Positions 1-9,827 of a stretch of DNA of 28,894 nucleotides are shown here, in pieces (the first letter of the stretch is position 1; each line of letters begins with the position of its first letter). The translations under genes and the position numbers were made by a program. Below the pieces are notes generated by a model. The model ran no database searches, was not told the origin of the DNA, and saw nothing but the letters and a program-made list of their open reading frames with translations. Source of the DNA: Plasmodiophora brassicae (Eukaryota); contig CP145419.1 in assembly GCA_036867785.1 (NCBI GenBank), positions 1,178,001-1,206,894 on the forward strand, written 5' to 3'.

Positions 1-2
1 CT

Positions 3-1337
3 TGCAACGACGCTGTGGCCGGTGGACTGCAGCGGCAGGCCGTCATCGTCAGGGATTCGCAGTACTACCTGTCGTGCACGTTGGAGGCACTGGCGGCCCA
101 CATGGTCGACATGGGCGCTGGGGCTGTCTTCTTGGGTGGGCCCGCAATGCGACCGCATGCATGTGTCACGACGTTGACTGACGTTCGTGAAGATTGCGGC
201 GGCGGAATCCAGGGCACGAGCGCGTACTACGCATCCGACAACAGCCCGACCGCCATGCTCGCCACACGACGCCTTCCGATCATGGTCCTGTCGCTGTCCA
301 CGAACGAGATCGACCTCATGGTGGCCGCCTTAGCGGATCATCCTCAGGCAAGGGTACGCGTGCAGATCGACACGAATGTATGGGTGGCCGCGTTCGCCTC
401 GCCAGTCTACCAGTTGTTCGTGCGCGTTATCCCGGCGACCATTTACCTGATCGCGGCGGCCCTGGCAGTCATCTACATGGTACAGCGCCTCCGGTTCGTA
501 CACGCAGACTTCCTCGCGAAGACGATCGAGAGGCGGCGTTCACTGAAGGCGGCTTGCCGCTACATCGTCGTGCACGGTCTGCGTATCCCCGATGCGTCGC
601 TGCTGCTCGAGTTCGTGTCGTGCACGTTGAACGGCGTCGTTATTGCCGTTGGTGGCTTCTGTTCCACATCCAACTTACCGGGTGGACTGGTCAATTTCTT
701 CCTTCCGCAACTGGCGGGCGCCAGCATTGCTGGCGACGTGCTGGCGGCGATTGTCTGGCAGCGGATGCGCAATCCGTCACCGAGTGGCGCCAACAACTGG
801 CCGATGAGTCGCATCGCGACGGTCTCCGTCATGATCCTGCTTCCGATTGCCATCGACACGATCGTATCACTGACGTTCGCTGTTCCCGGTACGGGCCGCG
901 CTCTTGGGCGCTGGATGGCGGACAACATTGCTGCAATCGCCGGGGCGCTGTTCTGCCTTCTGCAACTGGTCATTGGGATCCACTTCCTGAGCCAGTCGAC
1001 GCGTTTCATTCTGGAGACACGCTCCCGTCGCGCGTCTCTTCGTGGCAGGGGCGGCCTCGACGCCTCCATGGATGTAATGATCGCACGGCTGGCTCGGTGG
1101 ACAGCGTTGCTGGGCGTGTGTCAGCTCGTGTTTGTCGCCATCACGCCGATCGCCGTTCTGCCGTCGTTCAAGACTCCGCCCGTCTGGACGGCATACTGGG
1201 CGGTGGTCGGCACCAGCAAGGCCATGTCGGCACTCTGCTGCGTCAACATGTTCAAGCAACGACGCAAGTCACACAAGGTCGTGCAAACTAGCATCAGCAA
1301 GAAGCCTTCGCTGGTCCCGTCGGCCCCCTCAACGTGA
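3..1337 (+). CDS. 5'-partial PA (protease-associated)-like domain + seven-TM membrane protein (GPCR-like)
   Basis: Frame is open from the window edge. N-terminus CNDAVAGGLQRQAVIVRD..SCTLEALAAHMVDMGAGAVFL...LPIMVLSLS fits the PA-domain pattern (C..lv..C....GA.av..iP). It is followed by 7 hydrophobic segments and a basic C-tail. Stop TGA at 1335-1337. Confidence 0.7.
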   Translation, partial: CNDAVAGGLQRQAVIVRDSQYYLSCTLEALAAHMVDMGAGAVFLGGPAMRPHACVTTLTDVREDCGGGIQGTSAYYASDNSPTAMLATRRLPIMVLSLSTNEIDLMVAALADHPQARVRVQIDTNVWVAAFASPVYQLFVRVIPATIYLIAAALAVIYMVQRLRFVHADFLAKTIERRRSLKAACRYIVVHGLRIPDASLLLEFVSCTLNGVVIAVGGFCSTSNLPGGLVNFFLPQLAGASIAGDVLAAIVWQRMRNPSPSGANNWPMSRIATVSVMILLPIAIDTIVSLTFAVPGTGRALGRWMADNIAAIAGALFCLLQLVIGIHFLSQSTRFILETRSRRASLRGRGGLDASMDVMIARLARWTALLGVCQLVFVAITPIAVLPSFKTPPVWTAYWAVVGTSKAMSALCCVNMFKQRRKSHKVVQTSISKKPSLVPSAPST

Positions 1338-1956
1338 CCAAATCGGCAAGAACATTGGGCGTCTGCGCACAGCGCCTATCCCCTCTTGAAAAACAGCATT
1401 CTCAATGTTTCTATGGAGTTCAACTCAATTTGCCAATGGAGTTCAAACGCACCTGATCACAATAAATGCGAGCACAAAGTGGATTTCGACCATTGGTCAG
1501 GAACCGACCGAGGCTGGGTATCGAAGTGCCGTTGGACGGATGTGAGTGGGCGTTTGCGTTCGTATAAGACTTGTCGGCGTTATGCCCGGGCTCTGAGCAG
1601 CTACAGGTGACTACGGGGGACTGAGCCTGGAGTCTCTCCAATCGAGCAGATGTGGTTGATTGGGCCTTTGGCAACGCTTGACAACGCGCGCGCGTCTGGG
1701 CTGACTTGTGGGCCTGAACGAGACCTCGCGTGATCCGTCCCTGCGTTTCCGCAAGAATTGAGGAGAACCGCTGTGGGGCCGCTCCACTTCTGTGACGGCG
1801 GGCGCTAAAGTCGGAGCTTTAACAAACGGTTTGTGTCGAGTGTGACTCGACACCAATCCGTTCTGTTGTCCAACGCGAGTCGCGATCACCGTTCGCCGTC
1901 GCCCACTCTCAATCCCTGTGCGCGCTGTGCTGTTCAACGCCGGCAACTGTCCCGTT

Positions 1957-2952
1957 ATGGCTTCTACACTGCCCGTCCACACGATCATCGGGGCGAACGG
2001 CGCCGTCGGCCGTAGCCTCAAGGCGCACCTCGCCAAGCGATCGACCGACCTGGCCGTCCGCACCGTTTCGCGCAGCGCGTCGTCCGACCCATCGCACGTG
2101 TCGGCGTCGTGCCTCGACCACGATGCGATCGTAGCGGCCTGCGCCGGGTCGGCTGTCGTGTACCTGGTCATCGGCATCGAGTACAACGCCACAGTCTGGG
2201 AGCGGGATTGGCCAGTCATCATGGAGAACGTCCTCGACGCGTGTGCCGCCAGCAAGGCGACGCTGATCTTTGCCGACAACCTGTACTCGTACGGCGCGAC
2301 GAAAGAGGTACTGACGCCTGCGCTGCCCTACACGACCAGCGCGACGCCATCGCGCAAGGCGCTGGTCCGCGCCAATCTGTCCCGACGCATCGAGGCGGTC
2401 GCGAAGGCCAAGACGATCCCGGGTTATGCCATCGTCAGAGGCAGCGATTTCTTTGGACCTCTGTGCACTGGCCTGAGCCACCTGGGCGACTACGTCGTGC
2501 GTCCGATCATGCAGGGCCAGAAGGCGCAGTTCATCGTGCCGTTCAACGTGTACAAGCACTCGATCACGTACGACGACGATTTCGGTCGCTGCCTCTGCAT
2601 CGCGGGTACGTCGACGCGCGCCCTGGGCCGCGCCTGGCACGTCCCGAACAACGACCCGTTGACGTTCAAGCAATACGTCGACATCATTGCACAAGTCGTG
2701 GAAGAATCCGGCGGTCCGCCGGCGTCGACCGTCAAGGTTGGCCGCATGATGCCACCCTGGCTGCAGGCCGCCGTGTCGCCGTTCGTCAGTTTCTTTCGCG
2801 AAACGCGCGACATGTATCAGGTGTGCTGGGACCACGACTACATTGTTGACGGCAGCGATTTCGCCAACGAGTTTGCAGCGGAATGGGGCGCCCCCACGCC
2901 GTACAAGGTCGGGTTCAAGGCCGTCGTGGACCACTACAACACCCAGAAGTAA
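1957..2952 (+). CDS. NAD-dependent epimerase/dehydratase family protein (atypical SDR), intronless
   Basis: ATG 1957. Rossmann motif IIGANGAVG, plus DNLYSYG, RGSDFFGP, HSITY and AWHVP, typical of bacterial atypical SDRs. TAA at 2950-2952. Confidence 0.9.
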   Translation: MASTLPVHTIIGANGAVGRSLKAHLAKRSTDLAVRTVSRSASSDPSHVSASCLDHDAIVAACAGSAVVYLVIGIEYNATVWERDWPVIMENVLDACAASKATLIFADNLYSYGATKEVLTPALPYTTSATPSRKALVRANLSRRIEAVAKAKTIPGYAIVRGSDFFGPLCTGLSHLGDYVVRPIMQGQKAQFIVPFNVYKHSITYDDDFGRCLCIAGTSTRALGRAWHVPNNDPLTFKQYVDIIAQVVEESGGPPASTVKVGRMMPPWLQAAVSPFVSFFRETRDMYQVCWDHDYIVDGSDFANEFAAEWGAPTPYKVGFKAVVDHYNTQK

Positions 2953-2997
2953 AACGACCAATGACCATTGTGGGCTGCATGCATCGATCTTGCAATG

Positions 2998-3438
2998 TCA
3001 GTTACGCCCCCTGGTCAGCAGGAAGCGCTCGTAACTGTCGCGCTTCATGAGCTGGAACACCTCGCCGGCACTCCTGTGCGGCAACAGGGCGCTCATCGCG
3101 ATCCAAACGCAGACGGCCGGCGCCGTCGAAATGGGTGTGCGGCAGGTTGACGGCGAGCGGCGCGTCAGCGGCGATGAACAGCGCGTATACCAGTTCGGCG
3201 TCGGCGCTGGCCGCGTCCAACGACGTCTCGATGTCGATCAACGTGTCCGTCGCCGTATCGGCGGCAACTCGTAGAACAGCAAGTTCTTCCCCGCCAACCT
3301 TCAATCGACTGTAAACCATACAAGGCGTCAGAAACCGCTCACTTCGACGCTGAATTCGTGGATCGGAATCTGCTTGTGGTCGGCGCGGCTATCGTCATCC
3401 TCGAGTAACCGGTCGAACGAGTTCAACTGGTGGGGCAT
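2998..3438 (-). pseudogene. RGS (regulator of G-protein signalling) domain, frame-broken or with non-canonical splicing
   Basis: Minus-strand pieces in order: MPHQLNSFDRLLEDDDSRADHKQIPIHEFSVE | GTGAGC..AG intron | NLLFYE ... AELVYALFIAADAPLAVNL...FDGA ... EVFQLMKRDSYERFL, stop TGA at 2998-3000. These match the RGS consensus (EFSeENLlFw; IY..FI...AP..VNl; i..LM..DSy.RFL) but lie in different frames. Confidence 0.75.
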
Positions 3439-3490
3439 GACCACTGGGCGGTTCGATGGCTCTACTGTAACTGGTGATTGGCGTCTCTAG

Positions 3491-3829
3491 GATGTCCTGG
3501 TATCCCATTTCGAGGGGAAGCAAGGACTGGCCCATGACGCCTTGCACGAGGAATCCAACGACGGTCGTGACGATACCGACGTTGGATTGCTTCCATGCAA
3601 CGACCGACCGGCTTCACCTGCTTCTTGCGCGACGACACCTCGTGGGCGTCGTTCAACCAAAGCGGGCGCTGATGATTCGCTGACTAAGTTCGGCAACGAA
3701 ATCAAGCAGGGTTTGGGCGACCTTGGTCGAGAACTTGCAGCAGGTCTGTTGGCCGGTGGCAGGACCGACGACGTCAAGGACCTGCTGGCCTCCACGCGAA
3801 AGAGGCGTCTGCAACGAACCAGCTCCTGA
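3491..3829 (+). CDS. hypothetical terminal exon or gene fragment (DVLVSHFEGKQGL...KRRLQRTSS)
   Basis: Open frame after a ctctAG acceptor at 3490, with protein-like composition and a basic C-terminus. No upstream exon identified. Confidence 0.3.
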   Translation, partial: DVLVSHFEGKQGLAHDALHEESNDGRDDTDVGLLPCNDRPASPASCATTPRGRRSTKAGADDSLTKFGNEIKQGLGDLGRELAAGLLAGGRTDDVKDLLASTRKRRLQRTSS

Positions 3830-4048
3830 CTGCCCAGGCGCGTACGTTCGGCGAGACGGACGAACTATTCTCACGAGTCACGATGGGGTCCCGCTTATGT
3901 GTGGCGAAGGCACCGCAGAAGGCAGTACACAGGCTGACATGTTTGCTGGCAGATGGCCAGGTCGCAATGGGCGTCTTCCTCTGTGAGTCACGCGACGGGG
4001 TCCCGCTAATTGCAGCAATCTGCGGGCGCATCTCCCCCGATCTCGTCG

Positions 4049-6008
4049 ATGCAGCGCTTGGGCAGGTGGCGGCCGACGCGACAGCCGGCCAGGCGTCTAC
4101 TGTCAACAGAAACGATAGTAGTGAACAGGACGGTAGGGGGTGTGTCGCCTGACGAGGGGTTCGACCGCGCTGATGATCGCCGGGCGTAGACGTACAATCA
4201 ACCGGGGCGTGGGTGGCGCCCCACCGTCGGCATCTGCCTCGACGGTACATCCGTCGAGTATATCGTCGAAGCGATCCGGGCAGGCGCCATGCCCAACCTG
4301 CAGAACTGGACGAGCGGGCACTGGGAGGCGATCCCGTCGGCAGCGCCCGGGTGCTCCCGAGGCCTCGCTGCAGGTACCTGCCAGAGTGCACACTCGCTCT
4401 AGACTATATTCGTTTGACCATGGATCCGCGGTACACAGCGGTCATGCCGACGTTCACCAACCCGAACAACGTCTCCATTGCGACCGGGACCGTAAGCCTG
4501 CGGTCGCTGTCTTCGTTCCCTCGACTGATGGCCCGCAGACACCCAGGGTGCATGGCATATCCGGCAACTATTTCTACGACGCGGAACGCGACGAGGACGT
4601 CCACATGAACGCCGCGTCGTACATCCGGGCGCCCACCATCTTCTCCGAGATGGAGCGGCGCGGCGTCAAGGTCGTCGTAGGCGTATGCGCCGCCGCCGTT
4701 CCTTACTAACGCTGCTCCTTCTACAGGTCATTGTGACAACAGCGAAGCAGAAACTGTACGACCTTCTTGCTGCCAGTTCGTTCATGCGCATCTGCGTGCC
4801 CTTCTGCAACGTGCCCTTAGCGCAGTCGTGCAGACCTGGACCTGTCGCAGAGCATTGTAGTGGCGTCGGAGACGGCCGAGGATCAGACGACGACGGCGCA
4901 CCTGGCGAGGCATGGCATTGAGGGTGGCATTCGCGCCCTGTTGCCGTCGTACGCGACGACGCCCGGCATCTACGACCCGCGGATCAGCTATCACTCCCTC
5001 GATACGGCCCTGGCTCTGGTAACGCGATCGACGGCCACGCTCGATATGGGACTCACAGGACGTGGCAGTTGCAACGCCATATGGAACAGTCGCCGATGAC
5101 ACCTGCCATGGTCTACTGTTCAACGACCGACTTTGTCCAGCATCAGTGAGTATAGTGTCGTCCTGCGCCCGCTCGCGTCACCTGAGATCGTCCTCTATAG
5201 GTTCGTTCCTGGGTCTCCCGAAGCGAACGAGTTCTGCGCGGCCGTCGACGAGAGGCTCGGGCGGTTCGACAGCGAGTGCTCGGCGATGATTGGCATCACG
5301 GCCGACCATGGCATGAACGACAAGGTCAAGTACGACGGTACACCCAACATCTGCTACCTGCGACCCGTTGTCGATCGCGTTGGCGTCAAGTGCCGCATCG
5401 TGCTGCCCATCACGGACGCCTACGTTCGACATCATGGTGGGCTCGGCTCCTTCGCGATGCTCCATTTCGACAACAAGGTGTGCCAATGTGCGCCGCCCAA
5501 CTGTGCTCGTCTGACTGTTCCCGCAGCGAGACGCACGCGAGGCGCATGGCGAGCTATGCAGGATGCGAGGCATGTACACGATTGTAAACAAGGCAGCCGC
5601 CGCTGATGAAATGAGCCTCCCGAAGGATCGTCTAGGTCGCGTATCCTCTTCGGTACTATAACAGGAACGTGTCGCTGATGGGCGTCCATCGATAGGAGAC
5701 ATCGTCCTCGTTGCCAAGCGCGATTTCGTGTTTGCCAGCAGCCCCGAGGAGCATGACCTGTCCCAGCTGGACCCGGGCGTCAAGCTGAGATCGCATGGCG
5801 GCTTTTCAGAGATGACCGTCCCGATGTATTTCAATTTCAAGCTCAACGACGCCTATGCGAAGCGACTGCACTCAGGTGGGATTCATTTCCAGTGCACATG
5901 ATCACGATGCCTTGGCTGACACTGGTCCCCCCGCCAGGTGAGATGCGCAACTTCCACCTGTTCGAAGCGCTCTGCAACGGCGCCGGCCAGCAAACAATGC
6001 ACGATTAG
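4049..6008 (+). CDS. phnA: phosphonoacetate hydrolase (alkaline phosphatase superfamily), multi-exon, with predicted mitochondrial presequence
   Basis: Spliced translation gives [112 protein letters not shown] and RNFHLF. Exon 1 is 4049-4132, intron 1 4133-4189, TAG at 6006-6008. Confidence 0.92.
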
Positions 6009-6049
6009 ATGGGGGAAGACTGCATGACTGCGTGTATTGCGTGCCCAGA

Positions 6050-6574
6050 CTAGATCTCGTCGAACACGAAGTTGCATTCCTCTTCCTCGTCGGATCCCAT
6101 GACGGCCGTCTCGTTGATTCGTGCTGAGCGGAACATATGTCAGAGGGGGGATGTCTCCTCGAGCACAACCACATATCCGCACCATTGTCAGGCAGTTCGC
6201 CCATGGCTTTCAGGGCGCGTGCCTCATCGGCCGAGTACTTTAGAATGCAATCGGCCTTCTCGTCCTGGTAGTCTCGCAGGCCCAGCAGGACAATGTCGCC
6301 CTGGGTGATCCAGACGCGCTTGCGCATCTTACCACGAATGTGGCAGAGGCGCGTCTTCCCATCGAAACAGACGGCTTCCAATCGGCCTGGGCCCCACGTG
6401 TGAGCATCGCACGATTCGAACGGATTCCTCCCGCACGAGCATACCGTTGCCCAACATTTTGACGACCTGCGCGTACTCCTGGCCGTCCTCCTTGACAGTC
6501 AGCTCCCGCTTCTCATCGCCTTCGTTCTTACCGCGACGACGGTTCTTACCGCCCTTGCCCTTGTTCTTCGGCAT
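6050..6574 (-). CDS. eIF1A: eukaryotic translation initiation factor 1A (3 exons: 6574-6445, 6386-6183, 6123-6050)
   Basis: [17 protein letters not shown]...[51 protein letters not shown], with acidic tail ...FVFDEI*. GT-AG introns at 6387-6444 and 6124-6182. Confidence 0.97.
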
Positions 6575-6871
6575 CGCTTACGTAACCGCTAATTGCCTGT
6601 GACCTGAGCCTACCTTGACTCATCCGGGGTGAATCAACATACGATATCCGGAGACCGAAGCGAGTCATTACAGATGCAGTCGGGACAATGAGGACCACGG
6701 GAGCAGGCCGGGGGGCCGGCGCGGCGACAACGACGCCGGGATGGATCGGGGAGATGCCGGTTGTGGTCTTGGGCGTTTACGTCGCACCAAGTTGGGCAAG
6801 ACTGCGTGGCGGAGTCCGTGGCGGAGTCAGACCCAACCGACTCTCCAGGCGAGGAGCGTCCTGGGACGACC
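6575..6871. promoter_or_regulatory. ~300-bp divergent intergenic region, putative bidirectional promoter
   Basis: Head-to-head start codons of eIF1A (6574) and SPB1 (6872). No specific motif identified. Confidence 0.45.
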
Positions 6872-9568
6872 ATGGTTCGGAAAACGAAAACCGCCAAGAC
6901 CCGGTTGGATAAGTACTACCGGTTAGCGAAGGAGCAGGGCTTTCGTTCGCGTGCCGCGTTCAAGCTCATCCAGCTGAACCGCAAGTATGATTTCCTATCG
7001 TCGGCGCGGGCGCTGATCGACCTGTGTGCGGCCCCGGGTGGGTGGCTTCAGGTCGCCGCGAAGTACATGCCCGTGTCCAGCCTGATTGTCGGTGTCGACC
7101 TGGATCCCATCCGTTCGATCCCGAACGTTCGCGCATTCCAAGAGGATATCACGACCGCTTCGTGTCGGACGGCCATTAAAGGCGCGATGCAGGGCTGGAA
7201 GGCCGACGTTGTGCTGAACGATGGATCGCCGAACGTCGGCGGCGCCTGGACGAAAGATGCTTATGGCCAAGCGGAACTGTCGCTCATGGCATTGAAACTT
7301 GCCATTGAATTCCTGCGCCCAGGCGGCCTGTTCATCACCAAAGTCTTCCGATCGCAGGACTCCAACAGTCTGCTGTGGGTCGCCCGTCAACTGTTCGACC
7401 GGGTCGACGCGACGAAACCCAGCGCCTCGCGTTCGTCGCCGATTGTTCGTTCTGCTGCGTTCTTCGCTGAGCGTCTGCTGTTGCCCAGGTGGAACGTCGG
7501 CGGAAATCTACTTTGTGTGTCAAGGGTACAAGGCTCCCGACAAGGTGGACCCCCGTCTGCTGGACCCGTCGCATGTCTTCAAGGCGATCGAGTCCGGCCC
7601 GGCGCCCGTCAACGTGCTGCGGGACGCCCCGATGAAACAGAAGCGCCACCGATCCGGCTACGATGACGGTGTCATGGTCCTGCACAAGTCGATGACGATG
7701 CAGGAGTTCCTGGATGCGCCCACGCCCGCTGAAGCGCTGGCGATGTACAACGCGATCGTCCTAGACGATATCGCCCGCTCGCATCCGGCGACGACCGACG
7801 ACATTCGCGCCGCGTGTGCTGACCTGAAGGTGCTCGGACGCAGGGATTTCAAGCAACTCCTGCAATGGAGGCGCACGCTGCGGGCGCATCGCGAGCAGGT
7901 CGCCAAGCAGGCTGCGGCCGACGCTGAGTCTGACGGCAACGACGACGACGGCCAGGTTCGTTATACAACGGTTGCAGCGGCACCCGGGCCGTTCTAGAAC
8001 TTATGGTCTGCTGTAGGCAGAAGACGAGCCTGATGAGGCGCGGGAAGCCCGCGAGACCGACGAGCTGGAAGAGGCGCGTAAGCGGATGGAAGCCAGGCTG
8101 AAGCGGGCGAAGCGCAAGCGCAAAGAGCAGAAGACGAAGGCGCGCCTGCGTCAGCTGGGCATGGTCACTGTCGAAGACAACGAAGCCGCCAACGACGAGG
8201 AAGGGCTGTTCGCCCTGAACGCCATCGAATCCGGTGCCGGTCTGCGAACCGTCGTCGCCGACGACGCTCAAGCTGTTGACGTCGACGAAGACGACAATGC
8301 TGATGAGAGTGATGATGATGATGATGATAGCGTTGGCGGCGTGGAAATCCTGAGTGACAGCGAAGCGGAGGCGGCCCTGGAGAGGGAGCTCGACGAGCAG
8401 TACGCGGCGTACAAGGCGGCGTGTGGCACGTCGAAGAAGCGCCGCGTTGATGTCGGCCTCGGCGACGACACGGGAGCATACATTGTCGACAACGACGCCG
8501 ACCGTCAATCTGCCGGGAGCGATGATGATGATGACGAGGACAAGCAGGACCCGAACCCGCTCAACATCGACCTGGACAACCTGGACGATCCCGCCGAACT
8601 GTCGTCCCGTCGCAAGGCGCAACGCTGGTTCAGTCGGGACCTGTTCGCGTCCTGTACGGCCGATGACGCCAACGGCGAAGTCGTTGCCGACGACGGCAAC
8701 GTTGGCGCCCGGGAGGACGCCGACGACGACGTCAAGGCTGACCCTGCGCCGATGGACGACGGCGCCAGTCATCGCCCGCTAGTGCTGCGCCCGCGGAAAG
8801 GTACACTTGCCGGTGAATGTTCGTTGCACGATTACTGAACACGGAACAGCAGGCGCAGGCACAGGGGACGGCGGCGCCGGGTTCGAGGAGGTCCCTGTTG
8901 CCGAGTCCGACGATGAATGGCCGTCGGATTCGGACGAGGAGGCCGAGATGCTCGCCGTCGGCAAGATGTTGCTGCGGAAGAAGAGCCGGCGCGACCTCGA
9001 GGACGCGTCCTACAACCGGTACGCCTGGCAGGACGATCCGGGCCTGCCCTCCTGGTTCGTCGACGATCAGCGCGCACACAATCGGCCGATCCTGCCCGTC
9101 TCCAAGGGCGACGTCGACCTGATGAAGGCGCGTCTGGCCGCGATCAACGCGCGGCCGATCAAGAAGATCGCAGAGGCGCGCGCCAGGAAGAAGCTGACCA
9201 CGGCGCGACGCTGGGAGAAGGTACGCTGCTGTTTAGCGTCTGCGTTGTCGGCTGACGCTCGTGCCTAGGTGAAATCGGCGGCCGAGAGCATTGCCGGGAA
9301 CAGCGATTTGCCGGACAAGGAGAAGATGAGGCGCCTGGATTCGCTGTACAAGACCAAGGGCAAGAAGGCGAAGGGCGGCGCGAAGCCCCAGAAGCAGTAC
9401 GTTGTCGCGCGGAAGAGCGGTGCCGTCAGGCCCAACAAGGCGACGGGGTCGAAGCGCCCCGGGCGCATCAAGATGGTCGACAAGCGCCTGAAGGCGGATA
9501 AGCGGGGTCGGGATGCGTCGCAGCGCCAACGCAAGAAGACCACGACCAAGAAGCACAAAAGCAAGTAA
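6872..9568 (+). CDS. SPB1: pre-rRNA 2'-O-ribose methyltransferase SPB1/FTSJ3
   Basis: [52 protein letters not shown] and KPSASR|GTSAEIY; then an acidic middle, [29 protein letters not shown] and [10 protein letters not shown]. Introns about 7431-7488, 7956-8016, 8801-8849, 9221-9268. Confidence 0.96.
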
Positions 9569-9827
9569 ACGCGCCTGTCGCCTGTTTACTCTTGGACTCG
9601 TCAGGATGTCGATCATCGGCAACGATTGCTGGTGCCATTGTGCAACGTGACGCCAGGGACGCCCTGCTGGTGTTGCGTCGGGACCTGCTCGAAATCAGCT
9701 GTCCGGTACGGTACCACGAACGAATCGTCAACGAGGCGAAATGCCTGTCACAGGGGCCCAGTGACTGGGGCGGATCGGAAACGGCGTCTCCGACGTATAT
9801 AGTTGAGGTCGGAAGCCACCTCGCAAG

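Noticed and set aside
1909-2961. 350-aa antisense ORF over the SDR, and similar long shadow ORFs over SPB1 and the GPCR
   Set aside because: Expected by-product of high GC3 codon usage; the sense frames carry the recognisable motifs.
8305-8330. (GAT)n microsatellite
   Set aside because: Encodes the poly-Asp tract of the SPB1 acidic region.
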